This document shows, piece by piece, positions 1 through 11,451 of a stretch of 64,000 nt of DNA. Each line of letters starts with the position of its first letter. The stretch's first letter is position 1. A program made the position numbers and the translations under genes. The DNA comes from Macrostomum lignano (taxonomy: Eukaryota). Under the pieces are notes generated by a model that was not told the DNA's origin, did no database searches, and saw nothing but the letters and a program-made list of their open reading frames with translations. The stretch covers positions 216,033 to 280,032 of the forward strand of contig NIVC01002244.1 of NCBI GenBank assembly GCA_002269645.1. The letters run 5' to 3'.

Positions 1-284
1 AGAATGATAGAATAATAGATAAGAGCTAGAGCTAGAGAATTTTCTAATACTATTTCTTATACCTATTGGCCATAGACATCATTTTCTATCATGGCACTAT
101 ATTGATACACCAATTTAAACATAAAAATATTATTAATATTATTATTATTATTATTATCAGGAAACAAACTGGAAGATTTCATAACTATATAATATCATCT
201 ACTTACAAATAGTCATATAATTGCCTACATTCAAGAAAGTGTCACATATATGTTGAGAATATATTTTAGCATATTTTTAGTGTC

Positions 285-2002
285 TACTATATGGGGAAAT
301 CCAAAAATCGGGGGCAAGTTTTATGAAAATTCGTTTTTTGGCAATTTGAAAGCAATAAAGCTATAAAATAAATTTATTCATGTTTTTAAAAAGTAAAAAA
401 GTCTATTAAAGCACAAATTATTTTCGTATAGCTTTATTTTTAATAAAATGATTTGTTAAAACGGTAAGTTTAATTACGACCTAAAATGAGTCTAATGAAA
501 ATGATTAAAAAGCTATAATAATGTATTTTATTAACTTTAACTATCTTATAATGTTACACTTTATAATTCTACAACATATTTAACATTATTTTAAGGTTTT
601 ATTTGTTTATCACTTTCGTTACTCTTGACAACGTGTATTTTGTAGAGTTCGTTTGCAATAAATTGTATTCAACGTAAGTTTATTATTTAAACATACAAAT
701 TCCCGTAAGGATCGGAAAATTGCATTTTACTCAGCTTCTACTAAAGCGATTTGGAAAATTCTTTTTTTCCTGCATACACGCCGCGATGATACATGTTTTA
801 GTGTAATTTCATTGTTCTTCGTCGCTTAATAAGCATACAGTAAGCATCTGATTTGGAAGCCGGGTAACACATTGGAATTCCCATAAGGATTGGAAAATTG
901 CATTTTACTCAGCTTCTACTGAAGTGATTTGGAAAATTCTTTTTTTCCTGCATACACGCCGCGATGATACATGTTTTAGTGTAATTTCATTGTTCTTCGT
1001 CGCTTAATAAGCATACAGTAAGCATCTGATTTGGAAGCCGGGTAACACATTGGAATTCCCATAAGGATTGGAAAATTGCATTTTACTCAGCTTCTACTGA
1101 AGCGATTTGGAAAATTCTTTTTTTCCTGCATACACGCCGCGATGATACATGTCTTAGTGTAATTTCATTGTTCTTCGTCGCTTAATAAGCATACAGTAAG
1201 CATCTGATTTGGAAGCCGGGTAACACATTGGAATTCCCATAAGGATTGGAAAATTGCATTTTACTCAGCTTCTACTGAAGCGATTTGGAAAATTCTTTTT
1301 TTCCTGCATACACGCCGCGATGATACATGTTTTAGTGTAATTTCATTGTTCTTCGTCGCTTAATGAGCATACAGTAAGCATCTGATTTGGATGCCGGGTT
1401 CACATCTTGTGGTACCATTTTTTACCCAAAATTTTTAAGTCTAAATATAGGCATATTACAAATACTATTACAAATAAGTTGATATTTAAATGAAAGAAAA
1501 CAACTTAAAGATTATTTTGCAACAAGGAATTAGCGATATATTTACTTTTAGAAAAAGATGTTTGCTGGCAAACTTTGCACTTTATATTAGTATGAATTTT
1601 TGCGAGTTTATATGGTTTTAGAAAAACTTTGAAATCCTTAGAAATACTTCATCTTTTTGAATTGAATAAAAAGTAAAACACAGATTACTTTCTGTTTTGT
1701 AATTAGTAAAAAAATTAGCCTTCTCTAAGGCCTACAAGTCTTAAAATTAATTGTTTAATAATGAAAAAAAGTGAAACAAAAAATTGCAAATCGGTCAACT
1801 CGGACTTTCAAAATGCTTTTTTGTGGTTTTTTCTTATTTATTCAACAATACAAAGCATGAAAACAATAGTTTTTATCCAGAACTATTTTCTAAAGACATA
1901 TCTATCTTTCAAAAACCTTTTTTAGATACATTACTTTCCATCGAATGTCCGCAGATTTGTTTTACCGTTTTATCCCACGTTTTTGGATTTCGCCATATAG
2001 TA
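285..2002. mobile_element. Non-autonomous TIR DNA element (~1.72 kb) enclosing the 178-bp tandem array
   Basis: Left end TACTATATGGGGAAATCCAAAAA (285-307). Right end TTTTTGGATTTCGCCATATAGTA (1980-2002) is its reverse complement with 1 mismatch. The terminal TA may be a target duplication. No transposase ORF inside. Confidence 0.7.
698..1405. repeat. 178-bp tandem repeat, ~4 near-identical copies
   Basis: TGCATTTTACTCAGC recurs at 721, 899, 1077 and 1255, a period of exactly 178. Confidence 0.95.
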
Positions 2003-2583
2003 TATATGCAAAGCTAAAATACAAATTTGTATTTTAAGGGAACTAAATCTTACTATTCATTGACATAAGTGTAGGCCTATGCATAGTGCAAAGCACTAGT
2101 GCACAATAGTACTAAAAAATCTAGTAAAATTTGGATTAACTCAAAGTTTAAAATAACAGATCAATTTTTATTGCTTTTTAAAGCCATTTTAAAATTTAAA
2201 ACTCCATGCTTTATTTTTGCTCATATTGAAAATTATCTAATTGACAGTTCATTCAATTATGCCTTGAAAAATATGTCTAAAAGCATATATTTCATGCAGG
2301 GAATATTGTATATATAGATTATACATTTTAGATGACCTGTTGTGAGCTGACTAAGCTAAATCTTTTTGATTAGCTTTTGCTATCCACCATTATGCATTAG
2401 AAATTTCTGTTAGGCTTTTGGTGTGCACCTTATATGCCACCTTGAGCACATTTTTTGTTTATATATGCTGGGATTTTTTGCCATAATTTATACCTTCTTG
2501 GGTGTCGGTAATTGCAAATCCTGACTTTTTTAAGATTTCAAATTTCAAAACCAAGATTGAGAAGATAGAATAATGTAAATAGG

Positions 2584-3065
2584 GGTCACTGGTCAGATTT
2601 TCATATTCTATTTTGTCATAATAGATGACGAAGTGACCTGAAGCAAAGTAGCATTGAAAAGAAATATGACAAAGTGACCAAATATTTAGTTAGGCGGGGG
2701 CCCTATACTAGATACTTTGTCATCATCAACCAATCAATCTATATAAGATTTGAGTTACTGTAAACTATTTTTGCCTTCATTAAATATAAGCTGTGGCAGG
2801 CAGAATTAATCAATCAACAGGTTTTATCAATCGAGAATCTGAGATGACAAAATGATTGGGATCATTATTGCAACATTAGGATTCCAAGTAAATATGTTTA
2901 ATTGCCATATTAATTAACTTGGAAGTTGAAACTAATATGATTGGTAGATGACAAAATTACTCTCTTGAGATAGTGCATGCTAATTAATATGACGAAGTGA
3001 CCCTAGTCGAGGTGAGCACCCCAGACACCCCAGATGACAAAATGGCAGATGACAAAATGACTAGG
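2584..3065 (+). mobile_element. Dispersed ~0.45-kb repeat (MITE-like), copy 1
   Basis: Colinear similarity to 47561-47998. Contains at least 7 copies of an ATGACRAARTGAC-like motif resembling subterminal transposase-binding repeats. Confidence 0.7.
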
Positions 3066-3284
3066 CCTAAGAACCTAAAGTTCTAAATAGGCCTACTAGA
3101 TGCTAATTAGGCTTAATTTCGAATCTCAATCGAATCTTGCTTATCTCGAAAGTATAGATATCGAGTCTCGAAAATTGCGAAAATGTGATATCGTCCTACC
3201 CTTGGCTTAGGCTTAAGTTTGAGTTTTTGACATAAGCCCCAGGCCCAGGCTAGGGCCTTGTCGAATTATGTCTGATCATGAATG

Positions 3285-3509
3285 CTACAAGACATTAACC
3301 TTATGAATTTCATAGTGCCTAGTACATACCTGTTTCAATCTTCTCTCAATAAGCTCACACATTCGTTGAGAAATAAGGGAGCATTCTTCGTGAGTAAGGT
3401 AACCTTTAATTACAGCGGTCAAATTATCTATAGTTCTCTTTTCTGGTCTGTCAAACTGCTCTATTAATGTGGTTTCATAGGAATCTATAATGTCATTAAC
3501 GTCTTCCAT
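3285..3509 (-). CDS. Candidate 74-aa small ORF of unknown function
   Basis: ATG-initiated ORF MEDVNDIIDSYETTLIEQFDRPEKRTIDNLTAVIKGYLTHEECSLISQRMCELIERRLK... has globular-protein-like composition. No family recognised. Confidence 0.3.
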   Translation of the reverse strand: MEDVNDIIDSYETTLIEQFDRPEKRTIDNLTAVIKGYLTHEECSLISQRMCELIERRLKQVCTRHYEIHKVNVL

Positions 3510-5616
3510 TCGTAAAAATAATAACTAACTGCCACTACTGCGGGTTATAATCACAAAAAAGAACAAGGTGGAGATAAAATCTCGGTGGCCAGCGTGGGGG
3601 CGTTGATTCTTCAAAAATTTCTAAGAAACTTGGCTTTTAAAAATGTTACAAACATTAGCGTGAAACAAAGCGTAATCTGGCTGTTAGTTTTATAAACACC
3701 TGATTTGATTTTTGCTATTGTACCCATATGAGTATGTCGAGTAGCTCATTGGTGATGAAAACTGCGTAAAATTTCTTTATGTGCCCGTCTGTGTTGCTTA
3801 TGTTGCTTACGCGCCGCTAAGAATTGAGTTCAAACGCGTTTTTCTGAACTGGGAGCTTAATTAACTATCTCCCTGGACCAAAAGTTGTTTGGTGTATCAT
3901 ACGATCAGAAGCCTGAGCTCGTAGTTTTGATCAATAAATTCATGTATGAGTGCGCATTGGGCTTTGAAGCCTAATTTATTTCGAACAATTTTACTACATT
4001 AAATATATAAATATGCAAATAGGCCAGTGCATGAGCCACCTCGATTTCGAAAGAAAAAAACCTGTATGCACACATGTAACTAAAGTTGATATAGTGTAAT
4101 ACGTGTGTAGACTAACCAACGCCCTTTTACTGCGCTCTAGCTGTTCGACTCGATATTCCCTAGGGGACATTTTGTTTCTCTAACTTAGCCGATCAGATCT
4201 TGTCTCTGTGCCATTCTTTCCATTCTTAGCAGATCTTCTTAATCTGCTCGGTTCTTTCAGGATCTTCTAAGAAGGGAGGTACATTTGTTTTGTCATTCAT
4301 TGCGCCAAAGTGTTCTAGCTTTCTTATTTTTTATTTTATGGCAAAATGGGACAATAATTAAATTTAATAAAATATGCGATTCGAAGCTATTAAGATATAA
4401 AAGCTAAGATCTTGTACGATGTAGCAAGTCGCCCATGCCAGATCTGGTAAGTTTACCTAAGTATTATCATAGCGAAGATCTTGCACGTTCTTGCAAGTAC
4501 TTGCGCAGCAACCCAAGAAGATAGATGATCTGTTAAGAATCAACACGTCAATGTCTTCTAGGGTTGCACCGCGTTTATGGCCATCGGCCTCGACAACAAA
4601 AACATGAAATGACACGCGTACGAGTATGTCAGTAACCTAGCTCTGGTTTTCGAATTCTGATCAGCTTATAATATGGGCCCCAGACTGTAAGACTGTCCTC
4701 AACAGCTCGAAAAGTAGTCCATGACTGCGGATTACACGTTGCTCGTACATGCATACACTATATTCCATATGCACCAAGTCGAAGATCGCAGTTGTGCCCT
4801 GCGTGCAGTGTTAATCGACCGCTTGGCCGACGCTCACCGCAACGGTAGAACAGCCTGTCCAGCGCGTCGGCATTGCGACATCACAACTGCTTCGCTACAT
4901 GTATATGTAGCCCTACTGTAGTCCAGCAGGACGGTACTCAAGATCTTGACAATGAGCCTCACACAGTCCTTTGGTGCCATGACCTAAACCCGTTCGGCAA
5001 TCAGTTATTCGACCGCGTAACTTACTCATACATGTACAAATACATGTACATCGGATACGTCGGTGAACGTCAGGAACGTTGCACGGGAAAGAGCTGGACC
5101 AGCGGTGCCACACAGCCGACCTCGTGGTCCCGCTCACTCCCGCTGTCAAAGCAACCCGTCACGACGTCGTCAACTCCAGTTGGCAGGCCACGTACTATCC
5201 GTCGTGGCCGCGCCGATTTGAAATGCGCAAAGCCGCTGCAGGCGCCCTACTACCGGCGAGGACAGGCGCGCTACTAACTAACGCTACGCATTATTTTGTT
5301 GTCATACATGTATAATAAGATATTGAAGCTACATTATTATATGTAAATCGGTCGTCCTTTTACATCTGCAGGGTATTAACAAAGTGCAAATAAATTTATG
5401 CTCGTCTTTGTCAGTAGATTTCAACGCACTTGGCGCTCATGATAGCAGCGTCATTTTAGCAGCTTTTTTCGTTCATAATTCTATATAATGAATTTTTATT
5501 TTATAAGAAGAACCATCCATAAAAAAATCCTGGGGCGGCTCTGTCTCACCTCTGTCATTTTGCTTTCGACTACTAAAGCTTCAGTGCATCGGGAAAACAA
5601 ATTGTCTACATGTGCT

Positions 5617-5630
5617 GTCTCCATGGTAAC
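5617..5630. promoter_or_regulatory. RFX X-box-like motif
   Basis: GTCTCCATGGTAAC matches the 14-bp X-box consensus GTYNCCATGGNAAC. A second X-box-like GTTGCTAGGGGCAAC lies at 6269-6283. Motif match only. Confidence 0.3.
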
Positions 5631-7608
5631 TGGAAGCTTCAAACAAAGCTGCTTGTTTTTACAAGCATGACAGGAAAGCAAAAACTCCCCATAAGTGAAA
5701 TGATTGAAAAAACAGTATTTTCAGACCCAGAGACTTCAAAGCAATTAACCAGCTCCAGCTGTGTGTAGGCAGATCAGCTTTGTTGAAGAAAAAAGTCCAT
5801 AAATAAGCCTCACCAAAAGAACCCAGAGCCATTGTCTATTGTTTTTTCCCACTTCCAAGGTTCTTGCTTGAAAAGCAACGAATGAAGAATCGCGCTGGCA
5901 CGTTTTTTCGTCTCCGGGCGCTTTTGTCTTTCCTCTGTTTTTACTGATTTATGGAGCAGGTCTCGACTGGCTGACAGGAAACTTGCCGTGAAGGCAGGAT
6001 GGAGAGAGGGATGCTTCATCGGTAGACTTCATGATTAAGCCGCCTGGAACAATGGGACGGCTTGCAACCGTGGCCGAGAGCTCCGAAAAGCATTTGCTCA
6101 ACTCTCTTTGTGCAGCGCTTCAAGTACGCAGTCTGCAGGGCAAGCTGCTGCATGGGGACAATAAATCTGAGTTAGCCAGAGCAAAAAAATCACTGCGGAA
6201 CTGGCCTCCCACTCCCCTGCCAGGGATCGGAGTCGGCAGGGCCATGATTTCCTTCTCGACTTGATTCGGTTGCTAGGGGCAACGAGAAATCAGAGAGCTT
6301 AAACAGAGGAAAAACAGGACAGAATTAACAGTGCCCGCAGCGAGGGCAAAATCATAAATAAGCTGCTCAACACTGGATAACACACCGGATCTTTGCACGC
6401 AGCCAGTATAAGTTCACTTTTCTGTACCAGCATGTAGTTTACCGACGTACTTGACGCCTGTAGACGGCTCTGTGTAGGTCTACGGATGTGGCAAAACGTC
6501 AAATAAGTGTACCAACATTCTCCATTGACAAAGCCTCTTATCCATGTTTTGCGATTTCAGACCAGTAACAGTCAAGACTTCTGTTCTTTATTGGGCACTT
6601 GTAAACAAAAGTTGCAAACAAATGGACGTTGTGGTTGGTTTTGCTTGTGAAATTGTGCATAAAACACCGTAATAAGATATTCAACCGTCAAAGATTCGAA
6701 AGTAATGTTTAAAGGCAGAAAGTAGAATAAATACAAGGTTTTTAATGAACAGACGTCAAAGTCACTCAGAAAAATCTAAAAACGATCATTGCACTTGTTA
6801 CTTGTATCTAAAGCATTCAAATTTTCAAGTACATGTACGAGGGCATTTTGTAGCGTATAACACTGCATTGTCAAATGGTCGAGCCAAAAAAGTGAAAGAA
6901 ATATTGTACCCAATATGAATAGGCTGCAGAAAGTTCAGCCGACGTGCGTAGCCGTTTCTACCCGAGCAGAAGCGTAGCTACGAGTATATTTGCAGTTAGC
7001 ATGAAATAAGGGAGCTCTGGGGCAACTGAATTTGCACTGAATCTGAATGAACTTTACCCTTTGACCATAGACATTCTTAGCGGGCGGTCTGACGCGCGTT
7101 TCAACCTCGTTTTGAGTAGGCTAGAGCCTAGCAGCCAGCAGTTTAATCCTTGGTGGGAGAATCAAGCTACTGAGGACTTGCTTTTCATAGTCTGTGGCCC
7201 AAAATAGGGTCTGCTGAACAACCAATGGGAGAATGTGGGTTTAGCTTCTACGGTTAAATAATACCATAGAGATACGAGTATTACCAGTCAAGCAAACCTA
7301 AAAACTCGCAGACAAGACCTAAATAGCCCATAAACAACATCCTAACTTTGATCAAAGAACATTCAGAGATATATTGGCCATAGATTTTTCAGATGAACAA
7401 ATCAAATGAGTTCAGTTATCTACGAGTATATGTCCCTCGTGCGGTGTCAGCAGGGAAAGCCAGATTTACGCCACATCAAACAACATACTCGTATACGATT
7501 CCTTTAAGTTTAAAGCTCGCAGAGTGAGTTGCAACCAATCGTACGCATAGCAACTTTCGAGCTCTTCCATTATGGTGAGTCGGTAGTAGCTCTCGAGAAA
7601 GCAATGTC

Positions 7609-9778
7609 TCAAGCGGAACTGTCGCCAATCACCTGCCTAGCTGACATCTGCCTGGCTGAAACTTGTCCAGCTGTCACTCGCTTGGCCGACCTTCCCATTG
7701 TTGATGTGCGACTCCTTCCGGTTCGCCTGGTGGCAGCCGACCTACCATTTGTACCGTCGTAGTCCGGCAGGTTCGCCTCATCCGAGCTGCAATCATCGCT
7801 GGAATCGTCCGAGTGGCAGCAGCTGGACTCGTCTTCGTCTTCCTCTTCATTTTCGCTGCTTTTCGTCTTGATGCCCATCTTGTTACCAATCCAGCGCAGC
7901 TTGGCCGTGATCTCGTCCTGGATGAGGTTCATGCACATGGACAGCATTGCCAGGCCGAATAGGCAGTAGATTGCTCCCACTAGCAGCTCCATAATCACGC
8001 TCACCTGCAGGGTGGATTGGCGATGAGCAGTACAGGGTGACTGAGTGACTGAATGAATGAGGGGTCGCGAACGGAATAGAACCAGTTTGGGTCGTGGCGT
8101 GAGAGTCGGTACGCGCTTTCCACTGAGCTGCTCTGCTTCCTCCACATTGTGGCAACTGTGGTCCAAGACAGCTTCGGTACAATCGATTTTAATACAGATT
8201 TCAAAACAGCTCTCACATCGTCAAAGGGTCCATTGCGGCCGGGAACGTAATCTCCAAACCCAATGGTGCTCAGGGTTATAAATGAGAAGTAAGTGCCTTC
8301 GACCAGCGTCCAGTCCTTCTCCCAGGCTGTGAACACCGCGGCGCCGACAAGGATGTACAAAATCAGCAGCATGATGGTCACTGTGATGGGAATGTTCACA
8401 ACTTCGTCATCGAAGTCGTCATCATTGTCGTCCTCTTCAACGACTAGCACGGTTCCGACCTGGTTGGCGGTTTCGGGTCGGGGGATATAAATCGAAGCAT
8501 GCACTTCTTCTTCTTCTTCATCAGAAGAGTTTACAAATGTCAGTCGTGAAAAATGGGCCGCTTACCTTGGGCGGTGGCTGCTTGGCCTGTCCGTCACCGC
8601 CATCCTCAACGTTGCGCCATTCCGTCTGCTGCTGCTCACCGGCTGACTGAGCCGGATGCCTTCGTTTAACAAAGCATTTGCAACAGCAGATGTTCAGGTA
8701 GAAGCTGCGAAACAGCATAGCGGTTGGCTCGCCAATCTTTGTTAGAAAGAGCAGCATGAGTGGAATGCCTAAGATGGCGTAGATCATGCAGATTATTTGG
8801 CCCCACTGGGTGGTCGGCGAGATGTGGCCGTAGCCTGCAAATTATTCATTTTTTGCCAAATTATTGCTCTCGCGTCAAATGTACTTTACAATATTGCTTT
8901 AAGTGCAGCTGCCAACATGTAGAAACTACTTCCTACCTGTTTATTAAGCGTTTTTATTTGAGTCCTACCTGACACTTATTTGAGCACTACCTGACACTTA
9001 ATTGAGCACTACCTGACACTTAATTGAGCACTACTACCTGACACTTATTTGAGCACTACCTGACACTTATTTGAGCACTACCTGACACTTATTTGAGTGC
9101 TACCTGACATTTATTTGAGCACTACCTGACACTTATTTGAGCAGTACCTGACACTTATTTGAGCACTACCTGACACTTATTTGAGCACTACTACCTGACA
9201 CTTATTTGAGCACTACCTGACACTTATTTGAGTGCTACCTGACACTTATTTGAGTGTTACCTGACACTTATTTGAGCACTACCTGACACTTATTTAAGCA
9301 CTACCTGACGCTTTTTGAGTACTGTCTGACACTCAGAGGCGCCCGGCCCTGACTCTTACCTATTGTGGTCACAATAGTCGTGCAGAAATAAATAGCATTG
9401 GCCAGCACCCAATTAGCAGGGTTATCGACCGTCCCAATGGTGCTGCAATTCTTTGTCGGATCAACGCTCAGTGTGTAAATATCCTTGGCGAACACCTCCA
9501 GCTGACTGAGAATGGCGCTCTTCGACAGCGACGAATTGGCGCCCTGAGCGATGTTGTAAACTCGATCAGTGGCTTCGTTTCGTTTGGCCTCGTACTTGGA
9601 GTAGGCAATGGAACAGGCCGACTTCTCATTAGTCTCCTCCAGGTAGTTGAACAAGAAGCCGCCCATAATTAGGTAGATAATGACCAGGGTCAGCGTGCCC
9701 AAGTGCGACAGCATGATGGCTGCGAATCTCTGGCAGCAGCGCTTCCATCGCTCGCGACTCGCCGCATCCGCAGCTTCG

Positions 9779-9813
<35 letters not shown>

Positions 9814-9963
9814 AGCCGCTGATGTCTGCTTAAAGCCGGTAATGCCGCCGCTAGCAGTGGCAAAGTTGGTCACTTGGAAGCTGCTAATTTTGTTAGCTCC
9901 TGAGGATGACGTCATCACTGCGCCATCGAATGCGTTCGCTTCGAAGCCTTGATTGTCCCACAT
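7609..9963 (-). CDS. Two-pore-domain potassium channel (K2P/TWK family), paralog 1, ~503 aa, 4 coding exons
   Basis: Exons complement(9360-9963, 8566-8834, 8217-8459, 7609-8004), all with GT-AG introns and consistent phase. P1 filter TTIG|YG is split by intron 1. P2 is FSFITLSTIGFGD. M1-M4 hydrophobic segments present. An 11-Gln tract lies at 9781-9813. Confidence 0.92.
8955..9320. repeat. 22-bp minisatellite in K2P-1 intron 1
   Basis: Unit CTACCTGACACTTATTTGAGCA, ~16 copies. Confidence 0.95.
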
Positions 9964-10264
9964 GGCTGAGCGCGTTATGAGAACAGTTGAGGCTTTCGTG
10001 CAATGCAGGCTGGATTTGGGAGGGTCTTTTATGGGGATAATTTTGTGACAGATTGATTGTTTGCTTGGACAGCGGCCTTGGGACTAACCAATCATGGATG
10101 GCCTCCAAATTAGGGAACTCTAATTGTATATCTGTATCCTAATCCACTTTCATTTGCTGCATGTAAAGTACACAAGTATATAGAACTATAATCAGGCTGT
10201 TTGGCAAAGAATCTGGTAATAAAGCGGATGATTTTGATAAATAATATGTTAACTGAATGTATGC

Positions 10265-10785
10265 TTCTGACAAACTGTCGAAGCAACTGACAAAGTGTCG
10301 AAGCTACTGACAAACAACTGTCGAAGCTGCTGATAAACAACTGTCGAAACTGCTGACAAACAACTGTCGAAGCTACTGACAAACAACTGTCGAAGCTGAC
10401 AAACAACTGTCGAAGCTGCTGACAAACAACTGTTGAAGCTGCTGACAAACAACTGTCGAAGCTACTGACAAACAACTGTCGAAGCTGCTGACAAACAACT
10501 GTCGAAGCTGCTGACAAACAACTGTCGAAGCTGCTGACAAACAACTGTCGAAGCTGCTGACAAACAACTGTCGAAGCTGCTAACAAACAACTGTCGAAGC
10601 TGACAAACAACTGTCGAAGCTACTGACAAACAACTGTTGAAGCTGCTGACAAACAACTGTCGAAGCTACTGACAAACAACTGTCGAAGCTGCTGACAAAC
10701 AACTGTCGAAGCTGCTGACAAACAACTGTCGAAGCTGCTGACAAACAACTGTCGAAGCTGCTGACACAAGTGTCGAATGACAAAC
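10265..10785. repeat. 23-bp minisatellite upstream of the K2P-1 start, probably in a 5'UTR intron
   Basis: Unit GAAGCTGCTGACAAACAACTGTC, ~22 copies. An acceptor-like CGCGCTCAG lies immediately before the ATG on the minus strand. Confidence 0.93.
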
Positions 10786-11451
10786 CTTAAGGCCAGTTCA
10801 CATTAACGCTAGTAGCTCTGCGGGTCAAAGATTGCTCAAATAAATTTTAAAACTGGTCTGAGCAAACTATACAACGACTGTTACTTGTGTTACCACTGTC
10901 TCTCATTACCCTACAGCTTGCCAGAAATTAATTGACCTCTTGGTAAGAGACATCAACGTTCCTGTTTACACTTCATCGCACTAATTCGATCGTATAATTA
11001 GTCTCAATAATATTTGCTTTCAAGGCATTCTTCATAGCATGATGCCATTCATTATGGCGAAGTGTATATTTCTGAATCGAATTATCAGCCACTCCAGTTA
11101 GTAAGAGAGATTCGTGAAAAATGTAAATGTTAATTTCACAGACTGACGACTGACTACTGATAGTAGGTAGAGTATAAAAGTTTTTCTCTTTATACCGAAA
11201 AAAGTTCTTTGCTAGTGGTAAAAGTGCTCGATCAGATTAGTGCTGACTTTTCCTTATCAAATACCTTCGACAATTTAAATGTAACCGCCCTGGGATAAAA
11301 TCACCATGATATGTTTAAACATTTTATGACGCAAACGTATTAGAAGGCACAGTGAGAAAAATAATTGTAATTTATCACACTTTAGAAAAGACAGAAATTT
11401 TTGTCGATGCCAGATGTTCTGTGCACTCATAATTCTTTGACGCTGAACGCA

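Noticed and set aside
783-855. C/D-box snoRNA cluster within the 178-bp unit (ATGATAC...CTGA)
   Set aside because: The C box lacks the essential second GA and there is no convincing terminal stem.
4721-5315. GC-richer short ORFs at 4.7-5.3 kb
   Set aside because: There are no recognisable motifs or consistent splice structure, so they cannot be supported as a gene.
6835-7441. Possible mariner-type TIR pair (TACGAGGGCATT / TGTCCCTCGTG)
   Set aside because: The match is too short and imperfect, and there is no transposase remnant.
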